From Bacteroidota bacterium (GTDB taxonomy: Bacteria > Bacteroidota > Ignavibacteria > UBA10030 > UBA6906), in NCBI GenBank assembly GCA_035506295.1, contig DATJPR010000205.1, positions 5,053 to 69,052 of the forward strand: a stretch of DNA of 64,000 nucleotides, written 5' to 3'. A model generated the notes under the pieces. The model saw only the letters and a list, made by a program, of their open reading frames with translations, had not been told where the DNA came from and did no database searches. Both the position numbers and the translations under genes were made by a program. Shown in pieces: positions 1 to 10,132 of the stretch. The first letter of the stretch is position 1. The number at the start of each line of letters is the position of its first letter.

Positions 1-489
1 ATCCTGGGCGCTGATCCGCAGAAGTTCCCTCCGGTGAATGCGCCGCACCGCTGAGAGACGACGTTCTTCTTTCGCAAAAAGCCTGAAGGCGGACTGCACT
101 TCGTCGGTGATGGCATGCGGATCGACCGGCTCGGTAAGCGTCTCTCCTTCCCTGAGCCAGTCGAAGAGTTCCGGGTCCCTGATGAGCAGTTCGGCGAAAA
201 ATTGGGAATGACCGAAGATCCCGAGCAGCAGGTCAAGCACCGCCGGGTACACGGTAAGATCGGTAAAGACTCTCGCTGCGCCGAAGGACGATTCCACGAA
301 GCGGAGGAGATGCGCCACCACCCGGTCGGGGTCCGGAGCATGCCGGAGACGTCCCTCGATGGTGGACATAAACTTCTGCAGAGACTGCGACGTTCCCGAG
401 GAGACGAATGCTTCGCTGAGAATCCGCAGGTTCCTCGCACCGAGCGCGGGATCGGAAAAGGGGATCGCTGGCGGGGAAGGTCGTCGCAT
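1..489 (-). CDS. Glutamine synthetase adenylyltransferase (GlnE)-like nucleotidyltransferase, N-terminal 163 aa only; gene continues past the left edge
   Basis: Manual minus-strand translation from the ATG at 489 gives MRRPSPPAIPF...VYPAVLDLLLGIFGHSQFFAELLIRDPELFDWL...RRIHRRELLRISAQD. This is open to position 1 and matches the conserved GlnE N-terminal 'RRxxRREmLRIaxrDL' region. The ORF track does not list it because it is edge-truncated. The overlapping +strand ORF 115..513 is judged a shadow ORF. Confidence 0.45.
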   Translation of the reverse strand, partial: MRRPSPPAIPFSDPALGARNLRILSEAFVSSGTSQSLQKFMSTIEGRLRHAPDPDRVVAHLLRFVESSFGAARVFTDLTVYPAVLDLLLGIFGHSQFFAELLIRDPELFDWLREGETLTEPVDPHAITDEVQSAFRLFAKEERRLSAVRRIHRRELLRISAQD

Positions 490-658
490 GGGGCTAATAT
501 ACAAGAGAAATAGCTGAGTGTACAGGCGCACGTTCCGGCTTCGGTTGCATTTCGAACCATGCATTTCTATATTTCTCCCGAAGTGCATGCCCGAACCATC
601 GTGCTCGCCGGCTCGGACGCCTAATCTCCGATAGCAGCTCTTGACCGATCTCGCCGCC

Positions 659-961
659 ATGGTGAAGCTCATCGCACTCTACAAGGCTCCCCCCGATCCC
701 GAAGAATTCGATCGACACTTTCACACCATTCACGCTCCGCTCGTAAGAAACTACCCTGGGCTCCTCAAGCTCGAGATGACGGCGATTACCGGGGCTTCGC
801 TCGGGGACACTCCATATCATCTCATGGCCGAGATGTATTTTGCTTCGACGGAAGCCTTGCAGACTGCGCTCGCTTCACCTGCCGGAAAAGCCGTCGCGAA
901 AGACCTTATGAATTTCGCGGCTCCACTCGTGACGGTGCTTGTCGGCGAAGTGCGGGAGTGA
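659..961 (+). CDS. EthD-family protein (about 100 aa)
   Basis: MVKLIALYKAPPDPEEFDRHFHTIHAPLVRNYPGLLKLEM... matches the EthD domain. The track ORF starts at 641 on TTG; ATG at 659 preferred. Confidence 0.65.
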   Translation: MVKLIALYKAPPDPEEFDRHFHTIHAPLVRNYPGLLKLEMTAITGASLGDTPYHLMAEMYFASTEALQTALASPAGKAVAKDLMNFAAPLVTVLVGEVRE

Positions 962-973
962 ACAGTCGGCGAT

Positions 974-2947
974 ATGCAAGGCACGACCAACGTGAAAGGA
1001 ATGAAGGCCATGATTTCCCGCAGCTTCCTGCCCTGCCTGTGTCTGCTCGCCACGTGGTGCGTTGGATGCGGCACTTCACCCGAGGGAGAGGGGACCTGGA
1101 CGGCGATCAGCGGGCCCTATGCCCGGGAAGTGGCTGCCGTGGCATGTGATCCTTCCCGACCTGGCGTCGTCTATGCCGCGCTGGAGACAGGAGAGATTTT
1201 CCGGTCCGAAAACAGTGGCAGCTCCTGGATTCCTCTCGCCGCCGTGCGCAACGCTCATCCCTCTCGGTTCGTCATTTCGACCGAGTCACCGGCAGTGACC
1301 GCTCTCCTGACCGATGCCGGCGTCTTCATCGCGTCGCCGAACAAGCGCCAGTGGACGCCACTCAGTATCGAAGGCCTCCCCGCCGGCACCGCCGTGCGCG
1401 CGATCGCGTTCGACTCCTGGCGGCCTTCGACATGGTATGTGGGGACGGAGGGTCACGGCGTCTTCACTTCCACCAACGCGGGGCAAACCTGGACCGCGGA
1501 TAACGGCACCGGACCGGAGCTCGCAACGGCGACCATCGCCGATCTCGCCGTCGAGACCACGCACCCCAATGAAGTCATCGCAGCCGTGGATGGTCTGGGA
1601 CTGATGCTCTCCCCCGATGAAGGGTCGCACTGGACACGGCTGACCGAAGACTTCACCAGCACGGGGTCACAGATCATCCGCGTCCTCAGGCGCAATGCCG
1701 TCGTCGTGTACGCCACCACTTCAGGAGGAATGAGCCGGTCGATCGACGGCGGAAAGACATGGAGCCCGGCAAGAATTGCACGTGCCGGTGACGCGACCTA
1801 CTCCCTCGAGTCTTCGCCAGGGAATCCTGACATCCTTGCTGCTGGAACGGCTGAGGGACCGCTCTTATCGACCGACTACGGATCGACGTGGTCCGACCTG
1901 TCGGGTTCGCTTCCGCATCTCCCGTGTTCGGTGGCGTTCCGCTCCGATGTCCGATCCGGCGGTTTTATCGCGTTCGGTGAGGGGATCGGGGTTGAGCGGA
2001 CCTCGGACGGAGGGGCGACGTGGGAGGAGGCAGACAGCGATCTGGGAAGCGCCACGATTCGCCTCCTCGCGACGAACGAGAACTGCAGCATGATTTACGC
2101 GGCGTTGCGGGGTTCCATTTTGACCTTTGACCCCTCCTCCGGATCCTGGGAACCTGCGGGGATCGGGCTCGAAGGAGACAGCATTGCCTCGATCTCGGCG
2201 GCGATGGAAGCACCCCTGAAGGCCGTCGCCGCCACCAATCTGGGCGGGTTCAGAACTTCCGACGGCGGAAGGACATGGAGACCGCTCTCCCCTCGTCTTC
2301 CCGTCGTTCCGAAGACCGTCGCGCTGTACCCGCGACTGAAGACCCGTGTGTTCGCCGCCGGCGATCAGGGAATGTTCGTCTCGACGGATGACGGGATAAC
2401 ATGGGTGCATTCGTACCCGATCACCGATCGCTATGACATCCGCTCGTTCACGTTCATGCCGACCGACGTCAGCGTGGTCTACGCTGCTACCGCGAACACC
2501 GCTTCCGTGATCAGCCGCGACGGAGGGTTTCACTGGGAGCCCTCCCGCTATGGCATTGAGAGCAAGTCGATCGATCTCGTCTCGCTCGATGACCAGGACC
2601 CGTCGCTTGCGTATGCGTGGACCCCGCAGGGAGAATCGTTCCGGACGACGAACGGAGGCATGGAATGGAACCGCTATGCTCCCCCCTGGTCCGCCGGGGA
2701 CACCGTGGTCATCGCGGTCGATCGTTATCTCCCATCCAGCATGGTGGCGTGCGTCAACCACCGTCTCCTCTACTATGCTTCCAATGGCGGCGGCACATGG
2801 TTTCCTCTCGGCGTGCATGAATTGCCCGGGCCGGTGACTGCCCTGCTCTGGAATACCAGCACGGGAACGGCGTACGCCGCGGTTCGCCACCGCGGTCTCT
2901 ACATGATGTCGCTCCGCGCAACGATCGCATCGCTCACCGGCGAATGA
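974..2947 (+). CDS. BNR/Asp-box repeat beta-propeller lipoprotein (Ycf48/sialidase-like fold)
   Basis: Signal peptide and lipobox (LATWCVGC). At least 8 Asp-box motifs (S-x-D-x-G-x-T-W): TNAGQTWT, SIDGGKTW, STDYGSTW, TSDGGATW, TSDGGRTW, STDDGITW, SRDGGFHW, TTNGGMEW, SNGGGTW. Alternative start at 1001 (MKAMISR). Confidence 0.75.
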   Translation: MQGTTNVKGMKAMISRSFLPCLCLLATWCVGCGTSPEGEGTWTAISGPYAREVAAVACDPSRPGVVYAALETGEIFRSENSGSSWIPLAAVRNAHPSRFVISTESPAVTALLTDAGVFIASPNKRQWTPLSIEGLPAGTAVRAIAFDSWRPSTWYVGTEGHGVFTSTNAGQTWTADNGTGPELATATIADLAVETTHPNEVIAAVDGLGLMLSPDEGSHWTRLTEDFTSTGSQIIRVLRRNAVVVYATTSGGMSRSIDGGKTWSPARIARAGDATYSLESSPGNPDILAAGTAEGPLLSTDYGSTWSDLSGSLPHLPCSVAFRSDVRSGGFIAFGEGIGVERTSDGGATWEEADSDLGSATIRLLATNENCSMIYAALRGSILTFDPSSGSWEPAGIGLEGDSIASISAAMEAPLKAVAATNLGGFRTSDGGRTWRPLSPRLPVVPKTVALYPRLKTRVFAAGDQGMFVSTDDGITWVHSYPITDRYDIRSFTFMPTDVSVVYAATANTASVISRDGGFHWEPSRYGIESKSIDLVSLDDQDPSLAYAWTPQGESFRTTNGGMEWNRYAPPWSAGDTVVIAVDRYLPSSMVACVNHRLLYYASNGGGTWFPLGVHELPGPVTALLWNTSTGTAYAAVRHRGLYMMSLRATIASLTGE

Positions 2948-3012
2948 TATCCGCGGCATCGCATTGCGGATAATGGAGAGTTTTCGTTCCTTGACATGAT
3001 GAGTGAAACATC

Positions 3013-3717
3013 ATGGACATCTCCATGCGTACCTTCGCCCTGTCTGTTGCCGTCCTCCTTCTTTCCGTGTGCGCGCATTCCCAGCCGAGAATTTTCGTGG
3101 TCGGCGGGACCACCTTCTCGATTGGTTCCATTCCGCGCGGAAAGGTCGTTGATCACGAACTGACCCTCCAGAACCCCGGAAACGATACTCTGGTGATCAG
3201 CAGGGTCGATGTCTCCTGCGGATGCACGGGAAGCATGTTGTCGAGAGACCACATTCCCCCGGGCGGAAGCGGCACGTTACAGATCACCTTCAACTCCAAG
3301 AACTTCCACGGCCCCATTCACAAAACCGTCACGGTGAATTCCAATGCACCCGCCGATCCTGCCGTCCAGATTGCGTTCGAGGGGGACGTGGTTCAGGAGG
3401 TCGTGTACACGCCGGAGTTCCTCTGGTTTCAGGACGTAGCGGTGGGGTCCCGGGCGACCAAGACCATCGCGATCAAGAATGAAGGGAAGACAGACTTCCG
3501 TTTGACGGGATATTCCACGGGTGTGGCAGGCGTGAACATCAATCTCCCCGTCGGGGACATTCATCCGGGCGACAGTGTGGCGGTCCCGGTGGAGTTCGTT
3601 CCTCCGAAAAGCGGTCCGATGATCGCGGACCGGATCGTGATCCGAACGTCGCATCCCTCGCAGCCGGAAATCACGATCGGGTTCTACGGGAACATTCGGA
3701 CGGAGAGCAAGAAGTAA
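3013..3717 (+). CDS. DUF1573 domain protein (two tandem DUF1573 domains), secreted
   Basis: Signal peptide plus the diagnostic 'VDVSCGCT' motif of DUF1573. Confidence 0.75.
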   Translation: MDISMRTFALSVAVLLLSVCAHSQPRIFVVGGTTFSIGSIPRGKVVDHELTLQNPGNDTLVISRVDVSCGCTGSMLSRDHIPPGGSGTLQITFNSKNFHGPIHKTVTVNSNAPADPAVQIAFEGDVVQEVVYTPEFLWFQDVAVGSRATKTIAIKNEGKTDFRLTGYSTGVAGVNINLPVGDIHPGDSVAVPVEFVPPKSGPMIADRIVIRTSHPSQPEITIGFYGNIRTESKK

Positions 3718-3748
3718 CTCTTCACGCACGAGCCGAAAGGAGATCTCT

Positions 3749-4138
3749 ATGTCCTCGCGCGAAACAGCACTGGCGTTCGTTGATGCGATCAACAAGCACA
3801 GTGTGGGCGCGATCGGCGACCTTATCACCGATGATCACGTCCTGGTGGATTCTCTCGGAGCGCTGGTCGAAGGTCGGGATGCAATCAGGAACGCCTGGAT
3901 TGAGTACTTCTATCTTGTCCCCGATTTCACCATTCATTGCGATCATGTTTTCGAAGGGGCCGACATGGTCGCGCTCTTCGGCACCGCCGATGGAACATGC
4001 CGCATCGGCGCGCGCATCGACCCCCAGAACCACTGGTCGATGCCGGCGTCATGGCTGGCCGGCGTTCACGGCGGGCGCGTCGTGCGCTGGCAGGTCTTTG
4101 CCGACAACGAACCGGTCAGAAAGATCCTCGGCGCCTGA
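3749..4138 (+). CDS. NTF2-like / SnoaL-like (ketosteroid isomerase fold) protein
   Basis: 129 aa. 'ALAFVDAINKHSVGAIGDLITDDHVLVDSLGALVEGRDAIRNAW' is typical of the SnoaL/NTF2 fold. SD-like AAAGGAGA sits upstream of the ATG. Confidence 0.6.
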   Translation: MSSRETALAFVDAINKHSVGAIGDLITDDHVLVDSLGALVEGRDAIRNAWIEYFYLVPDFTIHCDHVFEGADMVALFGTADGTCRIGARIDPQNHWSMPASWLAGVHGGRVVRWQVFADNEPVRKILGA

Positions 4139-4258
4139 TCCCCGCGAGTCACTTCGCGGTCCCTGCGGCGCATTAAACGAATCCGTGGCAGGCTTGTCTA
4201 ATATATTCTGGCCTTGGTCAGAATCGTGAACATCAACTCTCTCCCAAGAAATCCGCAT

Positions 4259-5311
4259 ATGAAGCGCAGATTGAAAATCGTCATCCCCGTTGTCCTCATT
4301 CTCGGCCTGATTTCCATCGTCGTCTACCGCTTCGCCAAGGGAACTTCTTCTGCAGACCCCCGGCGCGCGCAGATCCCGCTTGTCCAGGTCGAAAACCCTC
4401 TGAAACAGCTCGTCGTTTACGAATTGCATTTCACAGGCGACGTCAATGCGGTGCAACAGGCGGGCGTGTACGCCAAGGTCACCGGAAACCTCGAAAAAGT
4501 GTATGTCGACATGGGGGCACTGGTGTCACGGGGACAACTTCTTGCGCAGATTGACACCACCGAACTGGCCCAGCAACGTCAACAGGCGGCCGCAACGTAT
4601 GAGAACGCATTGCTCCTCTACAATCGGAACAAGGGGCTGTTCGAACAGAATCTCGTCGCCCGACAGGACCTGGACAATGCAGAAGCCGCGTTGAAGGTCG
4701 CGTCGGCCGGATACGACGCTGCAAAAACACGCCTGGGGTACGCCTACATCACGGCACCGTTCGCCGGGTACATCACCAAACGGTTCCTCGACCCCGGCGC
4801 GGTCGTCGAGCAAAACAACGCCACCCTCTTCACCCTGCAGGACATCGACAAGCTCAAGGTGATCATCAACATACTCGAGAAGGACATTCCGCGCGTCCGG
4901 ATGGGCATGAAAGCGGTCGTCACCGTCGACGCCTTCCCCGGGAAGCAGTTCACGGGCACCGTCGTGCGGTACAGCCAGGCAGTCGACGAGGCCACGCGGA
5001 CGATGGCTGTGGAGATCGACATTGACAACCATGACCACTTCCTGAAGCCGGGCATGTTCTCCAATGTCGCCATTGCGGTCGACGAGCACCCGGATGCAAT
5101 CACCGTCCCGACCATGGCGATCCTTAAGGACGATCAGGGGCAATATCTCTTCACCGTTGCGGGCGATACCGCCTACCGCGTCGCCGTGCAGACCGGACTC
5201 GAACTCAACGGTCGGACCGAGATTCTTTCCTCGCTCGGCGCCTCGACGCCGGTGATCACTTCGGGTCAGCAGTTCGCGAAGGATCACAGTCCCGTCCGGA
5301 TCGAGAAGTGA
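4259..5311 (+). CDS. Efflux RND transporter periplasmic adaptor subunit (HlyD/MFP family)
   Basis: N-terminal TM segment, coiled-coil and beta-barrel/lipoyl motifs ('YITAPFAGYITKRFLDPGAVV'). Directly precedes an RND permease. ATG at 4259 verified (MKRRLKIV). Confidence 0.85.
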   Translation: MKRRLKIVIPVVLILGLISIVVYRFAKGTSSADPRRAQIPLVQVENPLKQLVVYELHFTGDVNAVQQAGVYAKVTGNLEKVYVDMGALVSRGQLLAQIDTTELAQQRQQAAATYENALLLYNRNKGLFEQNLVARQDLDNAEAALKVASAGYDAAKTRLGYAYITAPFAGYITKRFLDPGAVVEQNNATLFTLQDIDKLKVIINILEKDIPRVRMGMKAVVTVDAFPGKQFTGTVVRYSQAVDEATRTMAVEIDIDNHDHFLKPGMFSNVAIAVDEHPDAITVPTMAILKDDQGQYLFTVAGDTAYRVAVQTGLELNGRTEILSSLGASTPVITSGQQFAKDHSPVRIEK

Positions 5312-5324
5312 GGAGGATCAAACC

Positions 5325-8300
5325 ATGTGGCTTACACGTCTTGCCCTGCGATATCCCATTTCGACGTTTCTTTTTGCCGCGACAGTCTTGATTTTCGGTT
5401 ACGTTTCATTCTCCCAGCTGCCCATCGATCTCCTCCCCAATATCACGATCCCGACCGTCAGCGTCATCACGTACTACACCGGTGCGAGTCCGCTCGATAT
5501 GGAACAGACGGTCACGCGACTGATCGAAAGAACGGTCGCGTCGGTCAACGATGTCAGCTACGTCCAATCGAGCACCCGGGAGGGCATCTCGTCGGTGCGG
5601 GTGAACTTCAACTGGGATGCGAACGTCGACGCGGGGCTCGTCGACGTGGTGCAACGCATCAACCGGATCATGTCCCAGCTCCCGACCGGCATCGTGCAGC
5701 CATCCGCGCTGCGGTTCGACATCACCCAGCTGCCGGTGTGCGTCGTGGCCGTCTCCGGCGACATGGATGAGCGGGACCTGTACGACCTCGCCTTCAATAC
5801 CATCGAGCCCCAGCTCGAGCACATCGACGGGGTGGCGTCGGCGCAGGTCATCGGGGGAAAGATCCGGGAAATCCACGTGACCCTCGATCGCGACCGGCTC
5901 GAAGCCCTGCAGCTTCCGGTGTTGACGGTGATGAATGCCGTCGCCAATGCCAACATCATCATCCCGTCGGGCGATCTGAAGACCGGGCAGTTCGACTACT
6001 CCCTGAAGACCGAGAGCGAGTTCAACGTCGTCAGGCCGATGGAAGACATCGTCATCAAGAGCGTCAATGGAATCCCCATCAGGATTAAGGACGTCGGTTC
6101 CGTCCAGGACAGCTATCAGGAACAGACGGAAATGATCCGCGTGAACGGCCGCCCCGGGCTGAACCTTCGCGTCCAGAAACTCTCGAATGCCAACACGGTG
6201 GAGGTCGTCGACAACGTCGTCAAGGCGCTGCCAAAACTCAGCGGGATCCCGCCGAACGTCAACTTGAGCATCTCTTTCGATCAATCCGTCTACATCCGAC
6301 AGACCATCGCGGGGCTGCAACGCGAAGCGTTGCTGGGCGCGACGCTCGCGATGATCGTGATCCTGCTGTTCCTCCGAAACATCCGGGGGACAACGATCGT
6401 CCTGGTCGCCATTCCTCTCTCGATCCTGATCACGTTTATCTGGTTCCGGTTCGGCGGGTCGACCCTGAACATCATGACCTTCGGCGGCCTCGCATTGGCC
6501 GTGGGACGGCTCGTCGACGACTCCATCGTCGAGCTGGAGGCGATTTCCCGGCATTACAATGAGCGCAAGACCGGGCAAACCAAGATCGAGGCCACCCTGG
6601 AAGCGGCTAAGGAGGTGGCCGCCCCGATCTTCGTGTCCACGCTGACAACGGTGATCGTCTTCCTGCCGATCGTCTTTCTGACCGGCATCGCCAAGCTGCT
6701 GTTCATTCCCCTTACCATCACGATCGCTGTCGCCCTGTTCGGATCGTTTTTTGTGTCGAGGACCGTCACCCCGCTCATGTGCCTCCGGTTTCTTCCACCG
6801 GAGAAGCACCTCGACCGCACATCGGAGCAATTCTCCGATCGCATGCGCGTGAAAGCGCATGACGCGCTGGAAGCCGTCGACCAATGGTATGAGGCACGTC
6901 TCGAATGGGTCCTTCGTCACCGGCGGATGGTCATCTACGGCATCCTCGGTCTTGCGGTGGTCTCCCTCGGGCTGTTGAAATTCATCGGGACGGAATTCTT
7001 CCCCGATCAGGATGAAGGGCAATTCACGGTCAACTTCAAGCTCCCCGTCGGTTCCCGCATCGAGGAGACGCTCAAGACCGCACAAACGCTGGAGAAGATC
7101 ATTCAGAAGAATGTCCCCGAGACGCAGACGATCATCGCCGATCTTGGTGTGCCTGCCGCGAAATCGGGGACGGTCTTCGGAAGGAACTCCGGGACGCACG
7201 CGGGGAACATCCAGGTCGGGCTGATCCCCTCAGACGAGCGAAAGCGGAGTGTCTTCGAGATCGCCAATGCGCTGCGGCCCAGGCTCGCTTCAGTGCCGGG
7301 GGTTGCTACCTTTGTGACACCCGGCGGATTTCTCCGTTTCCTTCTGAACTTCGGTTCGAACGCTCCCATCGACGTGGAGATCCGCGGGTACGATCTGGCA
7401 ACCGGCTCGGCCATCGCGAAGCAGGTCTATGCGGCGGTGCGTTCCACTCCCGGCGCCACCGACGTGCAGGTCAGCCGCGAGGACGACCTTCCCGAGCTGC
7501 GCATTCAGATCGACCGCGACAAGGCCGGGACCCTCGGTGTCAACGTCGCCGATATCTCCAACACCATCAATACGTCCATCAACGGCGCGGTCGCCTCGCT
7601 GTTTACCGACCCGGTGTCGGGCAACCAGTATAACATCCTTGTCCGGCTGAACGAGACCGACAGGTCGAATATCGACGACCTTCGCAGTCTGATGGTCCCC
7701 TCGTCGGGAGGACAGCAGGTTCGCCTCGGCAACATCGCGCGCATCGAGAAGGCGGCATCGCCCGTGCAGGTCGACAGGAAATATCAGCAGCGTATCATCG
7801 ATGTGACCGCCAACGTCACCGGCAGGGACCTTGGCAGCGTCGCCAGCGACATCAACGGCAAGCTCGCGCAGATCTCTGTTCCCCCGGGGTTTGAGGTGAA
7901 GCAGACCGGGAACGTGGAGCAGCAACAGCAGACATTCCGCGATCTCACGCTGGCCTTCGGACTCGCGATCATCCTGGTGTACGTGGTGATGGCCTCGCAA
8001 TTTCAGTCGCTCATGGATCCGTTCATCATCATGTTCACGGTCCCGCTGGGGATCATCGGGGTGTTCTGGATGCTTGCGTTGACGGGGACGACTCTTTCCG
8101 TGACGTCGTTCCAGGGCGTCATCGTGATGGTCGGCATCGTCGTCAGCAACGGCATTCTCCTCGTCGATTACACGAACCACATGCGGCTGCGCGGGATCGA
8201 GCTGCATCAGGCGGTCATCAAAGCAAGCCGCACGCGGTTGAAGCCCATTCTTATGACGTCGCTCGCGACGGTGCTGGGGCTGATCCCCATGGCGGCGGGG

Positions 8301-8498
8301 ATCGGGGGTGAGTCGACACAGGCACCTCTCGCGATCGCCGTCATCGGCGGGCTCACGGTCTCGACGGCGCTGACGCTTTTCTTCGTCCCCGTGTTGTACA
8401 CGGTGTTCGAGGAGCGGTTCAAACGCGTCTTGAACAAGGAAGAGGGGGATGCGCCGTCTGTCGATACCTTCGGCGTTGAACCGGCGAACGTGAAGTAG
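5325..8498 (+). CDS. Efflux RND transporter permease subunit (AcrB/CzcA superfamily, 1057 aa)
   Basis: 12-TM RND architecture with two large periplasmic loops and conserved TM4 region. Sits between the MFP and TolC genes. Confidence 0.9.
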   Translation: MWLTRLALRYPISTFLFAATVLIFGYVSFSQLPIDLLPNITIPTVSVITYYTGASPLDMEQTVTRLIERTVASVNDVSYVQSSTREGISSVRVNFNWDANVDAGLVDVVQRINRIMSQLPTGIVQPSALRFDITQLPVCVVAVSGDMDERDLYDLAFNTIEPQLEHIDGVASAQVIGGKIREIHVTLDRDRLEALQLPVLTVMNAVANANIIIPSGDLKTGQFDYSLKTESEFNVVRPMEDIVIKSVNGIPIRIKDVGSVQDSYQEQTEMIRVNGRPGLNLRVQKLSNANTVEVVDNVVKALPKLSGIPPNVNLSISFDQSVYIRQTIAGLQREALLGATLAMIVILLFLRNIRGTTIVLVAIPLSILITFIWFRFGGSTLNIMTFGGLALAVGRLVDDSIVELEAISRHYNERKTGQTKIEATLEAAKEVAAPIFVSTLTTVIVFLPIVFLTGIAKLLFIPLTITIAVALFGSFFVSRTVTPLMCLRFLPPEKHLDRTSEQFSDRMRVKAHDALEAVDQWYEARLEWVLRHRRMVIYGILGLAVVSLGLLKFIGTEFFPDQDEGQFTVNFKLPVGSRIEETLKTAQTLEKIIQKNVPETQTIIADLGVPAAKSGTVFGRNSGTHAGNIQVGLIPSDERKRSVFEIANALRPRLASVPGVATFVTPGGFLRFLLNFGSNAPIDVEIRGYDLATGSAIAKQVYAAVRSTPGATDVQVSREDDLPELRIQIDRDKAGTLGVNVADISNTINTSINGAVASLFTDPVSGNQYNILVRLNETDRSNIDDLRSLMVPSSGGQQVRLGNIARIEKAASPVQVDRKYQQRIIDVTANVTGRDLGSVASDINGKLAQISVPPGFEVKQTGNVEQQQQTFRDLTLAFGLAIILVYVVMASQFQSLMDPFIIMFTVPLGIIGVFWMLALTGTTLSVTSFQGVIVMVGIVVSNGILLVDYTNHMRLRGIELHQAVIKASRTRLKPILMTSLATVLGLIPMAAGIGGESTQAPLAIAVIGGLTVSTALTLFFVPVLYTVFEERFKRVLNKEEGDAPSVDTFGVEPANVK

Positions 8499-8583
8499 CA
8501 CCGCTGATCCCGATGGCGGACCCATTCCCTGGCGAAACTGGTCCATGCATGTCCACGAATACTGAAACTTCAAACGAAGCACC

Positions 8584-9903
8584 GTGAAGAACGTCCTCAT
8601 CGCACGCATCACCCTGTCAGCATTGATCTGTCTTTCTTCCCGCAGTATCGCTCAGACCAACGATCTTCCCATCGACACGTTGACGGTCGAGAGCGCCATG
8701 GCCCTCGCCGTTGAGCATCAGCCTTTGCTCCAGGCGGCGGATGCCGAAGTCGCTTCTGCAGAAGCGGGGAAACGTCTCGCGCTCTCAAACTACTGGCCGC
8801 AACTTTCCTTCTCGGCGTCGGGGACGCACACCGAAGGGATCTTCGTGTTCAACCCTTCGATCGCGGCGAGGAACCAGATCTACAGCACTTACACCACCGG
8901 GTTCACTGCCAGCCAGCTCATCTATGATTTCGGCAAAACGAGCTCTCGCGTGGGCGCGAACACCGACCTCGTGACCGCCTCGAAGCAGGATTCCCGCCTC
9001 GCCTCCATGACGGTTGCCACAGGCGTCGAGGTGGCATTCTATGCCGCCATGCAGGCGAAGGAGCTCACGGTCGTCAACCAGGAAACCGTCAAACAAAATG
9101 AGGACCATCTTCGGATGGCGCAGGCGTTCTACAAGGCGGGAACCCGGCCTCTGCTTGACGTTACCCAGGCGGAGGTCAATCTGGCCAATGCGAACGTCGG
9201 ATTGATCACGGCACGCAACGCCGAGCGCGTCGCGCTTCTCCAGCTCGAGAACTCGATGGGCGTGCATCTGCGGCCGGGGTATGTGCTGAAGGGGAACGTC
9301 AACACCTCACCCCTCGACATTTCCCTTGATTCCGCGAGAACGGTGGCGATGCAGCAACGGCCCGACATCCTCAGCGCGCGTGCGCACTACGACGCGCTTT
9401 CCGCGTTTGCGAGCGCCACCTTTGGTCTCCACCTCCCGACGATTGCGGCGACCGGGACCTACAATTGGAGCGGCTTCGACGTGAAGCTGTACGGCAGGTG
9501 GACCGCCGGCCTGACATTTTCTCTCCCCATTTTCCAGGGCTTCGGCATCAATGCGCAGGTGGATCAGGCGAATGCCGCCGTGCAGGCCCAGTTCGCCCAG
9601 GTGCGGCTGATCTACGAAAGCGCCATGCTCGACGTCGAGCAGAACTATCTCGCCGTCGATGCGGCCGCCGAGCGCATTGCAGCGACGAGCAAGCTCGTGG
9701 AACAGGCTGACGAGAGCCTTCGCCTCGCGGAAAAGCAATACGCCGCCGGCGTCGGGACCGCCATCGAAGTGACGGACGCTCAGGTGGCGCGAGCCAATGC
9801 GCGTATTACCGCCATCCAGGCGGTCTACGACCACACGATTGCGATCACGCGTTTGCGGGAATCCATGGGAACGATTTCCACGCAACATCCCAATGGGCAA
9901 TAG
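8584..9903 (+). CDS. TolC-family outer membrane efflux protein
   Basis: Signal peptide, two OEP repeats, and position at the 3' end of the RND operon. Confidence 0.85.
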   Translation: MKNVLIARITLSALICLSSRSIAQTNDLPIDTLTVESAMALAVEHQPLLQAADAEVASAEAGKRLALSNYWPQLSFSASGTHTEGIFVFNPSIAARNQIYSTYTTGFTASQLIYDFGKTSSRVGANTDLVTASKQDSRLASMTVATGVEVAFYAAMQAKELTVVNQETVKQNEDHLRMAQAFYKAGTRPLLDVTQAEVNLANANVGLITARNAERVALLQLENSMGVHLRPGYVLKGNVNTSPLDISLDSARTVAMQQRPDILSARAHYDALSAFASATFGLHLPTIAATGTYNWSGFDVKLYGRWTAGLTFSLPIFQGFGINAQVDQANAAVQAQFAQVRLIYESAMLDVEQNYLAVDAAAERIAATSKLVEQADESLRLAEKQYAAGVGTAIEVTDAQVARANARITAIQAVYDHTIAITRLRESMGTISTQHPNGQ

Positions 9904-10072
9904 TCAGTAGTCGATGGGCAATGGTCGATGCGTTGCCCCCCCACTTCCCCGAAACATTGTCCCTCTTTTTCTCGTTTATCGCTTCGGGGCCGTTCCTCCG
10001 GCAGAGGCGCCCCCTTCCCCACAACCAACCCAATGCAGCCTTCCCCGGCACCCGCCGAATCCTGAGGTTCAT

Positions 10073-10101
10073 GTCAACGGATTGCCGGGCGAGGCTGTCT
10101 A
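10073..10101 (+). promoter_or_regulatory. Putative ECF-type promoter (GTCAAC-N17-GTCTAA) upstream of the ECF sigma gene; possible autoregulation
   Basis: 'AAC' -35 core and 'GTCTAA' -10 core with a 17-nt spacer, about 30 nt upstream of the sigma ATG at 10133. Motif-level match only. Confidence 0.3.
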
Positions 10102-10132
10102 ATCAGTAAAGGCCATTCACTCGAGGCTGGGA

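Noticed and set aside
115-513. 132-aa + strand ORF at the left edge
   Set aside because: Arg/Gly/His-rich composition with no domain signature. It lies antisense to a much better GlnE-like reading frame that runs off the window edge. Treated as a GC-skew shadow ORF.
1865-2959. 364-aa minus-strand ORF antisense to the BNR-repeat gene. Similar long antisense ORFs include 5406..7199(-), 7290..8612(-), 14464..15495(-), 15744..16697(-), 20855..22720(+), 23494..24384(+), 27057..28571(+), 30686..31453(+), 35019..35954(+), 36075..37397(+), 38807..40267(+), 47308..48834(+), 48831..50096(+), 57991..59469(-), 61240..62580(+)
   Set aside because: High-GC genomes produce long stop-free antisense frames. 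These are Arg/Gly/Asp/His-rich, carry no motifs, and each overlaps a well-supported gene on the other strand.
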